The notes beneath the pieces are model-generated. The model was not told the DNA's origin, did no database searches, and was given only the letters and a program-made list of their open reading frames with translations. The position numbers and the translations under genes were made by a program. Positions 21,639-30,679 of a stretch of 64,000 nucleotides of DNA are shown piece by piece. The stretch comes from an uncultured virus (IMG/VR IMGVR_UViG_3300037067_004637) (lineage: Duplodnaviria > Heunggongvirae > Uroviricota > Caudoviricetes): the IMG/VR virus record IMGVR_UViG_3300037067_004637; one strand, 5' to 3'. How positions within the stretch are numbered: position 1 is the stretch's first letter; each line of letters begins with the position of its first letter.

Positions 21639-21676
21639 AAAAAGGGCAGGTGTCTGGTTAACACGCTATGCCCTTT
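21638..21676 (+). terminator. Possible terminator hairpin
   Basis: AAAGGGCA...TGCCCTTT inverted repeat after the stop codon; long loop. Confidence 0.4.
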
Positions 21677-21821
21677 ATGAAATGCGAAATAATAAATTCA
21701 ATACAAATATAATAATTATTTTTAAAAGAAAAAAATTATTATACATTTAATTTTATATTAATTAAAATTTGAAATTTTAAAATAAGTTTTTTAATATATA
21801 AAGAAAAAGATTTTAAAATCA

Positions 21822-23738
21822 ATGTATATTAATAATAACAATTTTCAACAACCTACATATAAAAACATTAGACCATATGAGTGTTCTATGGTTGCTGTTG
21901 AAGGCCCAAATACAGTAGGTAAAGTTTCAATGCAAGGTCTTGAAATACCTTATGATTCATTTTTTACATCTAAAATAACCTTACTTTCAGGTGCAACAAA
22001 TAAACCTATTTTATATGGTTTTCTTGGTAATGATGTAACTTATATGATGATAAAAGTTAATTATAATACTGGTAGTTCTGTTCGTTGTTGTAGTGGTTCA
22101 AGTAAAGAAAATTATATTGAATATTTTACTGCTGATGATCCAAATGATGTTAGACCAATAGGACAATTGATGATATTAACAGGTGGTTCTAATCATAGAA
22201 TACCACAATTATATTTAAATAACCCTATGGATTTTAATGTAACTGTTGAAGTTATGGTTGCAAGTGTTGATCCAGTTGCTGATGGTATTTCTACATCTGT
22301 AACAGAAGCTATATTAGATGGTTTATATTACAATTCATTAATAACAGATTTCTTTGCAAGTGGTTGTACACAATTTGAAATAATAAATGAAAAAGATGAA
22401 ATTTTATTAGTATTACCTCTTGATGCTTTTGATATAAATGATTTAAATATTCAAAATATTAGACAAGATGAAAATATTTTAACTGTAACAACAGAAAATA
22501 ATGAAAAAGTTATTCTTAAATTTTTAACAACATATGATGCTAATCAAGCACACAGTAGATTTAATTGGATATTTGAAGACCCAACACATAGATATTTAAC
22601 AAAAGATTATCCAGAACCTGATTTAATTCCACCAGTTATTACATTAAATCCTTATGCTGGTGATATATTTAATTCAAGTGGTATAACAAAAGATTTATTA
22701 AGAATATATTATCTTGAAAGTGTTGTTGATAACAGAGATGGTATTATGAATATAAATGATGTTGATGTTGTAATAAGAAAACATAATTCTTTAGTAACAT
22801 TAACAGCAGTAACAGAAGAAGGTATGTATGATATCATATTTAGAGTTAGAGATATAGCTGAGAATGAATCAACTGTTTTGAGAAATGTTATATTTGATAT
22901 GACTCCACCAGTTATAACATTTAAACCTGCTGCACAAGGTAATACTATATCTATGGTTATTAGTAGAGATAGTCAAGAAGTACCATCACATGGTTTAACA
23001 CAAAATGATTTAATAAGATATTGTATAGATAATGTGGTTGATAATATTGATGGTGTTATAGCAAATAGTGCAGTAACAATGCAATTAACTGGAACAACAT
23101 TCCCAATAACAATAGGTGGAATAATACCTATATCATTTAGTGTGTTAGATCAAGCTGGAAACGAAGCTTTATATACAGGAAAAACACTTTCTGTTACAAA
23201 TGATATACCACCAGTTTTAACACAAGGTTTAATGTTTACTATACCAACAACTGGTTTAACAGGTGGTTTTGAATCAGGTTATACATTAAATTTAATAAAT
23301 GATAGTGGTTTAACTTATGGATTACAATACTCATCAGGTGTAACTATAAATAAAAAACTATTAAATAATTTCTTCCCTATGTACATTATATATAGTACTA
23401 TATCAGGTTATACATCACTTTATGAATATTTTAATACTACATATAATAGTGGATCAACAAGAGATTATTTAGAAGAAGTAGCAAATGGTAATAACCCATT
23501 ATTTTATATAGTGAATTCTAATTTAATTCCAACAGGTGGTACTTATGTAACTACTGGTGTAACATCAGGTGTAACTGAATATATGATTGATAGTGAAAGA
23601 TATGATGTTGATGGTTTATATTATGATTTACAATTAAGAGGTGATTTTCCAGAAGGTGAATATTACATGAGTGGAGAAATATCAGATATTTATGGTAATA
23701 TAAATACCATGTCATTTACTATAAATATTAGACATTAA
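21822..23738 (+). CDS. Putative virion protein with Ig-like (DxxPPVI) repeats
   Basis: DLIPPVITL, DMTPPVITF, DIPPVL with D.AGN turns; late-promoter motif at ~21788-21802. Confidence 0.65.
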   Translation: MYINNNNFQQPTYKNIRPYECSMVAVEGPNTVGKVSMQGLEIPYDSFFTSKITLLSGATNKPILYGFLGNDVTYMMIKVNYNTGSSVRCCSGSSKENYIEYFTADDPNDVRPIGQLMILTGGSNHRIPQLYLNNPMDFNVTVEVMVASVDPVADGISTSVTEAILDGLYYNSLITDFFASGCTQFEIINEKDEILLVLPLDAFDINDLNIQNIRQDENILTVTTENNEKVILKFLTTYDANQAHSRFNWIFEDPTHRYLTKDYPEPDLIPPVITLNPYAGDIFNSSGITKDLLRIYYLESVVDNRDGIMNINDVDVVIRKHNSLVTLTAVTEEGMYDIIFRVRDIAENESTVLRNVIFDMTPPVITFKPAAQGNTISMVISRDSQEVPSHGLTQNDLIRYCIDNVVDNIDGVIANSAVTMQLTGTTFPITIGGIIPISFSVLDQAGNEALYTGKTLSVTNDIPPVLTQGLMFTIPTTGLTGGFESGYTLNLINDSGLTYGLQYSSGVTINKKLLNNFFPMYIIYSTISGYTSLYEYFNTTYNSGSTRDYLEEVANGNNPLFYIVNSNLIPTGGTYVTTGVTSGVTEYMIDSERYDVDGLYYDLQLRGDFPEGEYYMSGEISDIYGNINTMSFTINIRH

Positions 23739-23759
23739 TATTAAATTTTTCTTAAATAA

Positions 23760-23789
23760 GAAACCGAATTATTATTAGTTCGGTTTTTT
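23760..23789 (+). terminator. Intrinsic terminator
   Basis: AAACCGAA...TTCGGTTTTT. Confidence 0.75.
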
Positions 23790-23881
23790 ATTTAAAAAAT
23801 ATACAACTTTTTATAAATTTTATTATATAAATGTATATTTACACCCAAAGTGTTATAATATATAATTAAAAAAATACAATT

Positions 23882-24388
23882 ATGAATAAAATAGAATTTA
23901 ATAAAATTTTAGATAAATGGAATCCTACTATTGAAGAATTTATTAAAATTGATAATACAAATAATGATGATATAAATCAAGATTCTTTATCTAAAGTTGA
24001 AAAAATGTCATTATATGCACATTATCATTCAGAACTTGAATCTGATCATGGTACTATATATGAAATACCAAATGTCGAAAAAAGAAAATCATTATTAGAT
24101 TTTTCATTAAAAGTTTTAAATCGTTTATCAAATTTAGATAACATTTATTTTATTAATTCACCAAAATATGATATTAATAATTTTACCTATATTGTAGGTA
24201 GTGTTGCATTATCTTTTGATGTTAATGAAAATGAAAATGATATTATTAATAAAATTGTAGAACATTTTGAAAAAATAAAAACTGATAAAAAAGTTTATAT
24301 TTATATAGTAGCTCAATCTTTATCAATAATAACTGAACAAAATTTTAAAGGTAGAATTACAGTTGAAAGTAGATATTTTACAATATAA
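23882..24388 (+). CDS. Hypothetical protein
   Basis: 168 aa ORF. Confidence 0.6.
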   Translation: MNKIEFNKILDKWNPTIEEFIKIDNTNNDDINQDSLSKVEKMSLYAHYHSELESDHGTIYEIPNVEKRKSLLDFSLKVLNRLSNLDNIYFINSPKYDINNFTYIVGSVALSFDVNENENDIINKIVEHFEKIKTDKKVYIYIVAQSLSIITEQNFKGRITVESRYFTI

Positions 24389-24412
24389 AAATAAAAAATA
24401 ATTAAAAATTAA

Positions 24413-24877
24413 ATGAAAAATATAGATTTATTTAGATTAAAAGAAGGATTAAATGATGTGTCAAATCTTAAAGGTGTTAAATTTGCATATGCAGTTTTAA
24501 AAAATAAAAAGATTGTTGAAGATGAAATTGCTTTACTCCAAAAATCTGTTGAAATGAGTGTAGAATTTCAAGAATATGAAAAGAGTAGAATAACTTTATG
24601 TGAACAATTTGCTGATAAAGATAGTGAAGGTAAACCTATTATTAATAATAATCAATATCAAATAGAAAATAAGGTTGAATTTAATGAAGTAGTTGAAAAA
24701 TTGAAGAAAGATAATATTAAATGCATCGAAGAAAGAGTTAAACAACTTAATGATTATGATATTCTTTTACAAGAAGAAAATGATATAGAAGAAAAATTAT
24801 CTAAAGTTAAAGAAGAATATTTACCTTCAGATATTACAGCAAACCAATTACAAACTATAATTGAAATGGTTGACTAA
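24413..24877 (+). CDS. Hypothetical acidic helical protein (possible tail/fibre chaperone)
   Basis: 154 aa; KFAYAVLKNKK motif. Function is a guess. Confidence 0.55.
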   Translation: MKNIDLFRLKEGLNDVSNLKGVKFAYAVLKNKKIVEDEIALLQKSVEMSVEFQEYEKSRITLCEQFADKDSEGKPIINNNQYQIENKVEFNEVVEKLKKDNIKCIEERVKQLNDYDILLQEENDIEEKLSKVKEEYLPSDITANQLQTIIEMVD

Positions 24878-24917
24878 TAAACAAGATATTCATTCAATTC
24901 GATTGTTTTTTTTTTTG

Positions 24918-24947
24918 AAAGCATCTATTTTATAATAGGTGCTTTTT
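24918..24947 (+). terminator. Intrinsic terminator
   Basis: AAAGCATCTATT...AATAGGTGCTTTTT. Confidence 0.75.
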
Positions 24948-24984
24948 CTTTTTTAATATATAATTAAAAAATTATTATTTTTTA

Positions 24985-25785
24985 ATGTTTAATTTTAATG
25001 AATATATTATAAATGAATATCTTGAAAATACATTTAAAGATGTTAATAGTAAAATTAATTTTTTAAAATGGTTTGGTAATTCAAAAGTTGTAGATGATAA
25101 TAATAAACCACTTATAGTTTATCATGGAACTAAATTTAAATTTTCTAAATTTAGAAAAAGCGCAATAGGTCAAACTGATAATGGATATTATGGAAAAGGT
25201 TTTTATTTTACAAAAAATATAGACACAGCTAAAGAATACGGTAGTGTTATTGTACCTGTTTATTTAAGAATTGAAAAACCTTTTATTTTATTATCAGCAT
25301 CAGGTAATGACCACGATTCTATTTATGATGTAAGAGATTCATTATCTACATTAAAAGGTATGCCAAAAAATTTAAAAACTATTAGAACTTTACCAGAAGG
25401 ATATTATATACAAGTAGAAGAAAAAGAAAGTCGTTATAGAAGAAATGAAAAATATAAGGTTTATACAGTTTTTCCAGAAGAAAAATATTATGGTACAGAT
25501 AAAGAAATTTATGGTGAAGAATGTTTTTCTGAATTAAGTGCAATAATTAAATTTAATGATCAATTAAATAATGTAAATTATGATGCTGGTTGGGTTACTG
25601 ATTTATTAAAAATGTTGAATAGAGATAATTTTCATATTATTTTAAAAAATAATGGTTATGATGGTTTATTTGTTGTTGATGCAGAACATAATAATGAAGT
25701 GTTGGAATATGTTGTGTATGAACCAAATCAAATAAAATCTATATCAAATAATATTTTTTCTGATTCGAGTGATATTAATATTTAA
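24985..25785 (+). CDS. ART-PolyVal-like ADP-ribosyltransferase
   Basis: FLKWFGNSKVVD..NKPLIVYHGT...GFYFT...A.EYG...PVYL...GYDG...EYVVYEPNQIKS; leader MFNFNEYIINE. Confidence 0.8.
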   Translation: MFNFNEYIINEYLENTFKDVNSKINFLKWFGNSKVVDDNNKPLIVYHGTKFKFSKFRKSAIGQTDNGYYGKGFYFTKNIDTAKEYGSVIVPVYLRIEKPFILLSASGNDHDSIYDVRDSLSTLKGMPKNLKTIRTLPEGYYIQVEEKESRYRRNEKYKVYTVFPEEKYYGTDKEIYGEECFSELSAIIKFNDQLNNVNYDAGWVTDLLKMLNRDNFHIILKNNGYDGLFVVDAEHNNEVLEYVVYEPNQIKSISNNIFSDSSDINI

Positions 25786-25832
25786 ACAAGTAAAAAATAA
25801 TTTTAATATATAATAAAAAATAAATAATATAA

Positions 25833-26417
25833 ATGGCTGCATATAATTATACGTTAGATAATTTTTTGGCTACTCCAATGCCTGGGGATGTTAAATTGAG
25901 AATATATGATAAATATAGAGAATTAAAATATACAATAACACCTGAATTATCATATTTCTTTGTTAAAAATAATCTTGTTATTATAAAACAAGAAAATCAA
26001 GCTGATATTGTTTTAAATTTTGAAACAAACCCAATAGCAATTCAAGCTTTATCAAAACTAAACGAAGCTAAAAAAATAGTTGCAGAACACCCAACAGGTG
26101 GTGGTGATGTAACTTTTTCTATATCTAATTTAAATATGTCTGGCCCAACAGGTACAACAACATATGATGGTGAACTTGCTTGTACATCTCCAATTGGTGA
26201 TGATCCTATTTCACCAGTTAGTGTTTTTATAAATGGTGTTGAAGCTAATGTTGGTGCTGATTTAGATTGTTTCTTTTCACCAGATGGTGGAACAACAAAA
26301 AGGTCGATATTAGGTGCTGTTAAAGGTGATTTTTTACATTGGAATGGTAGCGTAGCAGGTTTCCAATTAGATGATATAGACCACTTAGATTTTGTATATT
26401 TAATTAGAAAATATTAA
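25833..26417 (+). CDS. Virion protein carrying the shared fibre C-terminal module
   Basis: SVFINGV...DCFFSPDGGTT...GDFLHW..AGFQL matches the C-terminus of 28956..30464. Confidence 0.65.
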   Translation: MAAYNYTLDNFLATPMPGDVKLRIYDKYRELKYTITPELSYFFVKNNLVIIKQENQADIVLNFETNPIAIQALSKLNEAKKIVAEHPTGGGDVTFSISNLNMSGPTGTTTYDGELACTSPIGDDPISPVSVFINGVEANVGADLDCFFSPDGGTTKRSILGAVKGDFLHWNGSVAGFQLDDIDHLDFVYLIRKY

Positions 26418-26425
26418 TTTTTATC

Positions 26426-27151
26426 ATGATTACAATATTTCAGAATTTTTTATTAGAAAAACATAATTTAAAAAATGAAATTGACCTTCAAAAAGAGTTC
26501 GATAAATATAATAAAGAACTTTTTAATGGTGAATTAAAACCTATTACATTAAAATGGGAAAATAACAAAAATTCTGGAGCAAGAGTTATATCAAGATTAG
26601 ATAAATCAACAGGTAAATATAATGTAGAATATTTGGGTGTAAGTGAATATTTTGATTATGATTATGAAATATTTAAAAATATTTTTATTCATGAACTTAT
26701 ACATGTTTATATTATACAAAATAATATTCAAGAATATGGTGGACATCATGGTTTATTTTTTAGAAAAATTATGAATGAAATTAATAAAAAAGGTTATAAT
26801 GTTCAAATAGAAATGGATTCAACAGATATGATGTTATCAAATCAAAATTTATTAACAAAACCTTTATGTGTTGTATTAATTCAAGATAAAAATAATAAAA
26901 AATCTATTGTTGTTTGGGATATGAAATTATTTACAGATGGCACTAAAGAAAAATTTTTAGGTTGGATGCAAAATTTTGCAAAATATAAACATGATGAATT
27001 TACTATTAAATTTATAGAATCAAGAAACCCTAATTTAAATAGATACACAGTAAAAAGAAAAATGAATAGAATTTTATATTATGGTTTATCTGAAAATTTA
27101 GAAAAGGAATTACAAAACGATAAAGTTTTAGAAGAAATTGTTCTAAAATAA
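26426..27151 (+). CDS. SprT-like zinc metalloprotease
   Basis: FDKYNKELFNGEL, HELIH, HHGLFFRKIM; leader-like MITIFQNFLLE. Confidence 0.85.
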   Translation: MITIFQNFLLEKHNLKNEIDLQKEFDKYNKELFNGELKPITLKWENNKNSGARVISRLDKSTGKYNVEYLGVSEYFDYDYEIFKNIFIHELIHVYIIQNNIQEYGGHHGLFFRKIMNEINKKGYNVQIEMDSTDMMLSNQNLLTKPLCVVLIQDKNNKKSIVVWDMKLFTDGTKEKFLGWMQNFAKYKHDEFTIKFIESRNPNLNRYTVKRKMNRILYYGLSENLEKELQNDKVLEEIVLK

Positions 27152-27179
27152 TTTTTTAATTACATATAATATATTATCT

Positions 27180-27629
27180 TTGTTTTTGATAACTTTAAAA
27201 ACAATTTATATGTTTATAGTATTATTAACTGCTCTTATATTTTTGATGAGTGAAATAGATTTTATTTTAAATTTTAAAAAATCTATACGAAAATTATTAT
27301 TTGTTCAAAATTTCAATAAACATGAAAAACAAATGATAAAAAAAGAAATAAGAGAAAGAAAAAAATATTCAATTGAAATTAATAAATTAATCATATATTA
27401 TTTTTTGATTCGTGTAACTGTTATTATATTTGTTATATCTTCTACTATTATTTTTCATGATAACGAAAAATTTATATCAGGTATATTAATATTAATATTT
27501 TTAGATTTAATAAATTCGATAATATCACGTTTGAAGAAATTAACTATTTTTAAAATTTCATCATTTATAGTTACAGTATATAATATTTTATTTTTAAGTT
27601 TATTGATATATTTTATATTATTTTTATGA
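27180..27629 (+). CDS. Membrane protein
   Basis: About four hydrophobic segments. Confidence 0.6.
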   Translation: MFLITLKTIYMFIVLLTALIFLMSEIDFILNFKKSIRKLLFVQNFNKHEKQMIKKEIRERKKYSIEINKLIIYYFLIRVTVIIFVISSTIIFHDNEKFISGILILIFLDLINSIISRLKKLTIFKISSFIVTVYNILFLSLLIYFILFL

Positions 27630-28021
27630 AAGATGATTTAGATAAAGATATAGAAAGAATTAAGGTTTCAAGAATGAAGCCAGAAGAAAAATATCTTTAT
27701 GGTATATTTAAAAAATTAAAAAAATACCATTCAGAAACATTTCCCGATTTTGTATATTATAAAGAAAATGATGATATTGCATTTATTTATAATGAAGATT
27801 TAAAAATTTTTTGGTGTAAACATGGTTTTTGGGATTTTTTAGCAATAGAACATATTTTAAACTATGATGAATGTCAAAAAATTATTAAAAATGCAGCATA
27901 TAAATATTTAAAATTAAAAAATATTAGTCCAGAAAGAGATATGTTACCTAACTATTATTGGTATGAACCTTTAAAATTATACGAGAAACCATACAAATAT
28001 AATATTAATAATAACATTTAA
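27626..28021 (+). CDS. Paralog family 'LDKDIEKIKLSRMKPEE' protein
   Basis: N-terminus shared with 28026 and 32543..32887. Confidence 0.75.
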   Translation: MKDDLDKDIERIKVSRMKPEEKYLYGIFKKLKKYHSETFPDFVYYKENDDIAFIYNEDLKIFWCKHGFWDFLAIEHILNYDECQKIIKNAAYKYLKLKNISPERDMLPNYYWYEPLKLYEKPYKYNINNNI

Positions 28022-28025
28022 TGAT

Positions 28026-28412
28026 ATGATGGATAGTTTAGATAAAGATATTGAAAAAATAAAACTATCAAGAATGAAACCAGAAGAAAGATTTCTTTTT
28101 GATATAGTTAAAGATTTAAAAAAATATGTTAAAATAAAAAATTATAAATATAGTTATGAACATAGTGATTATGTTATATTTAATGATGAAAACCATAAAT
28201 ATATAAATATGTTTTTTTATAAAATAAATGATAATATTTATTTCATACACAATAATTTAAAAAATATTATATTTTGCAGCAATAATCAAATTTGGAGTAC
28301 ATTACAATTAAAATATAATTTGTGTTCATCAGATATACGAAAATTAATAACAAAAATGGTGTGCGAAACATTAAACATTAAAGATGCTAACCCAAGCGTA
28401 GCAATATTTTAA
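28026..28412 (+). CDS. Paralog family 'LDKDIEKIKLSRMKPEE' protein
   Basis: Shared N-terminus. Confidence 0.75.
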   Translation: MMDSLDKDIEKIKLSRMKPEERFLFDIVKDLKKYVKIKNYKYSYEHSDYVIFNDENHKYINMFFYKINDNIYFIHNNLKNIIFCSNNQIWSTLQLKYNLCSSDIRKLITKMVCETLNIKDANPSVAIF

Positions 28413-28418
28413 AAACTA

Positions 28419-28453
28419 AAAAACGGCACTTTTTAGATTAAAGTGCCGTTTTT
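28419..28453. terminator. Bidirectional intrinsic terminator
   Basis: AAAAACGGCACTTT...AAAGTGCCGTTTTT between convergent genes. Confidence 0.85.
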
Positions 28454-28477
28454 TAGTTATATAAAAAACTTATTTTT

Positions 28478-28951
28478 TTATTTATTTTTTTTAAGTAATT
28501 CCACTATATCATTATCACCATTTTCTGATGCAAAATATAAAGCAGTATGTTTATCATCATATAAAATATTAACATTAGCACCATATTTAAGCAAAAGTTC
28601 TACAATATCTTTATCACCATTAATTGAAGCATTCATTAAAGGTGTGTATCCCGTATCATCTTTTTCATTAGGATTTGCACCATTTTTTAATAATAATTCA
28701 ATTAATTTTAAATTTTTGGTATTATTATATACAGCTATTGATAAAGCTGGATCAAAATATCCATGTGGTATTTCATTAACATCCACACCTAATTCTAATG
28801 CTTTTTCAACACCTTTTATATAATTATATTCAGTAGATTTAATTAATAATTCTTCTGGTGATAAATTACTTAATTCTTTTAAAATTTCTTCATCACTTTT
28901 AGGTATCATTTTATCTCTCAGTGATTCGTTATAAGTCTTTAAATATTTCAT
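28478..28951 (-). CDS. Leader-tagged ankyrin repeat protein
   Basis: MKYLKTYNESLRDKM; ankyrin repeats. Confidence 0.9.
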   Translation of the reverse strand: MKYLKTYNESLRDKMIPKSDEEILKELSNLSPEELLIKSTEYNYIKGVEKALELGVDVNEIPHGYFDPALSIAVYNNTKNLKLIELLLKNGANPNEKDDTGYTPLMNASINGDKDIVELLLKYGANVNILYDDKHTALYFASENGDNDIVELLKKNK

Positions 28952-28955
28952 ATTT

Positions 28956-30464
28956 TTATAAAGTTAAATACATAAATGTTAATTTATCAGTAGCTGCATT
29001 TAATTCATATCCAGATATTGGATTATTTGAACCATCATAACTCCAATATAATAAATCACCAACAACAATACTATTAAAAGATTTTGCTGTTGTTCCACCA
29101 TCTGCACTAAAATAACAATCTTTAGTTTTCACACCATTACCAACAGTTGCTTGTACACCATTAACAAAAACAGATATATTTGAGTTTTCAATTGAATTTG
29201 ATGATATTGGAGTTGAACAAGCAAGGCGTGATGAATATGATGTTGTATTAGCATCCATATCTATATTAGAATCTGATAATAAACTTGTAGTTCCACTTAA
29301 TGTTTTTAATGGTGATAAATCAACATAAGTTTCAGTTGATAAACCAGAATTAAATATTAAATAATTATTACCACTATTAAAATCAACTGATGTAAAACCA
29401 GAACTTGATAATTGTGATAAATCTATAATTTGTTCATTAGTTCCACCAGAATTAAACACTAATTCACTATTACCTGAATTAAATTCAACTGATGTAAAAC
29501 CACTTGTATCATGTAAAAAACTTAAATCAAGATGTTGTTCATTCACACCACCTAAATTAAAAACAATTTCTGTTGTAGCACTATTAAAAACTGCAGTTGT
29601 AAAACCACTATTATTATATAGTAAACTTAAATCAACAATAGTTTCATTTATACCACCTTGATTGAATATCATTTGATTATTTCCAGAATTAAAAATAGCT
29701 GTTGTATAACCACTTATATCCATCAATGAACTTAAATTTACCGATTGTTCATTAGTTCCACCAGAATTAAAAGTTAAAATATTTGTTGTATCATTAAAAA
29801 TAACATTAGTAAAACCGCTATTATTATTTAATGAACTTAAATCTATAATAGTTTCTGTTGATAAACCAGAATTAAATATTATTTGACTTGTGCCTGAATT
29901 AAAATATGCAGTTGTAAAAGCTCCACTTGTGCTACCTGATGCACCATAATTACCACTATATTGAAAAAAACTTCCTTTTATAGCACCCCAACCTAAATCT
30001 GCTGGTGTATAACCTTGTGCGAAATGTATAATACCTGCATAATAATCAACAGCCCATGCACCTTCTGTTATTGTTATTGGTGTACCATCACCCCTATATA
30101 AAGAAAATTGATATCCAACACTTGGTAAATTTGTTTGTGGATGTGGAATATCAACAGGTGATATTAAAGGTCTAATAAAAGTACCACCACTAATATAAGC
30201 ATAAGCTTGTCCGTTTGAACCTCCTATTTGGGAAAGTGTCATACCCGAAAAGAACGTAACAGCAGAATTTACTAAAGATTCAGCAAAAGCTGTTAAAAAA
30301 TCTGGAGCATAAGCAATATCATCAGACCAAATTTCATTTAATCTAACATTATGTGATGATTTATATTTACTTTCATATACTTCTTGGGTATTTTCTGACA
30401 TAGCTTTTCCAAGAGCATGAAAATAAGCAAGTTTTCTTTGTTCGTTCTGTGATAATGATCCCAT
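28956..30464 (-). CDS. Fibre-like virion protein with six ~35-aa repeats
   Basis: Repeat (S)GFTxxxFNSxxxxxxFNxGxxxExxxDLSxL; N-domain similar to 36120..38621. Confidence 0.75.
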   Translation of the reverse strand: MGSLSQNEQRKLAYFHALGKAMSENTQEVYESKYKSSHNVRLNEIWSDDIAYAPDFLTAFAESLVNSAVTFFSGMTLSQIGGSNGQAYAYISGGTFIRPLISPVDIPHPQTNLPSVGYQFSLYRGDGTPITITEGAWAVDYYAGIIHFAQGYTPADLGWGAIKGSFFQYSGNYGASGSTSGAFTTAYFNSGTSQIIFNSGLSTETIIDLSSLNNNSGFTNVIFNDTTNILTFNSGGTNEQSVNLSSLMDISGYTTAIFNSGNNQMIFNQGGINETIVDLSLLYNNSGFTTAVFNSATTEIVFNLGGVNEQHLDLSFLHDTSGFTSVEFNSGNSELVFNSGGTNEQIIDLSQLSSSGFTSVDFNSGNNYLIFNSGLSTETYVDLSPLKTLSGTTSLLSDSNIDMDANTTSYSSRLACSTPISSNSIENSNISVFVNGVQATVGNGVKTKDCYFSADGGTTAKSFNSIVVGDLLYWSYDGSNNPISGYELNAATDKLTFMYLTL

Positions 30465-30484
30465 TTTATTATTAATCTATATTT

Positions 30485-30679
30485 TTATTTATTTGCCTCA
30501 TTACTAAAAATCTCTCTTAACTTTATATATAATTCATATAATTCAGTTTTTTCAAATGACATACCATTTGATGTTGAAAAATCTTCATTACCATTTATTA
30601 AAGTTAAAAAATATTTTTTATCGTTTATTTTTTTAATTTCAAAATGTTCCATTTTATTATATTTATTTTTTAAATCCAA
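30485..30679 (-). CDS. Small hypothetical protein
   Basis: 64 aa ORF within the fibre operon; true start may be the second Met. Confidence 0.5.
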   Translation of the reverse strand: MDLKNKYNKMEHFEIKKINDKKYFLTLINGNEDFSTSNGMSFEKTELYELYIKLREIFSNEANK

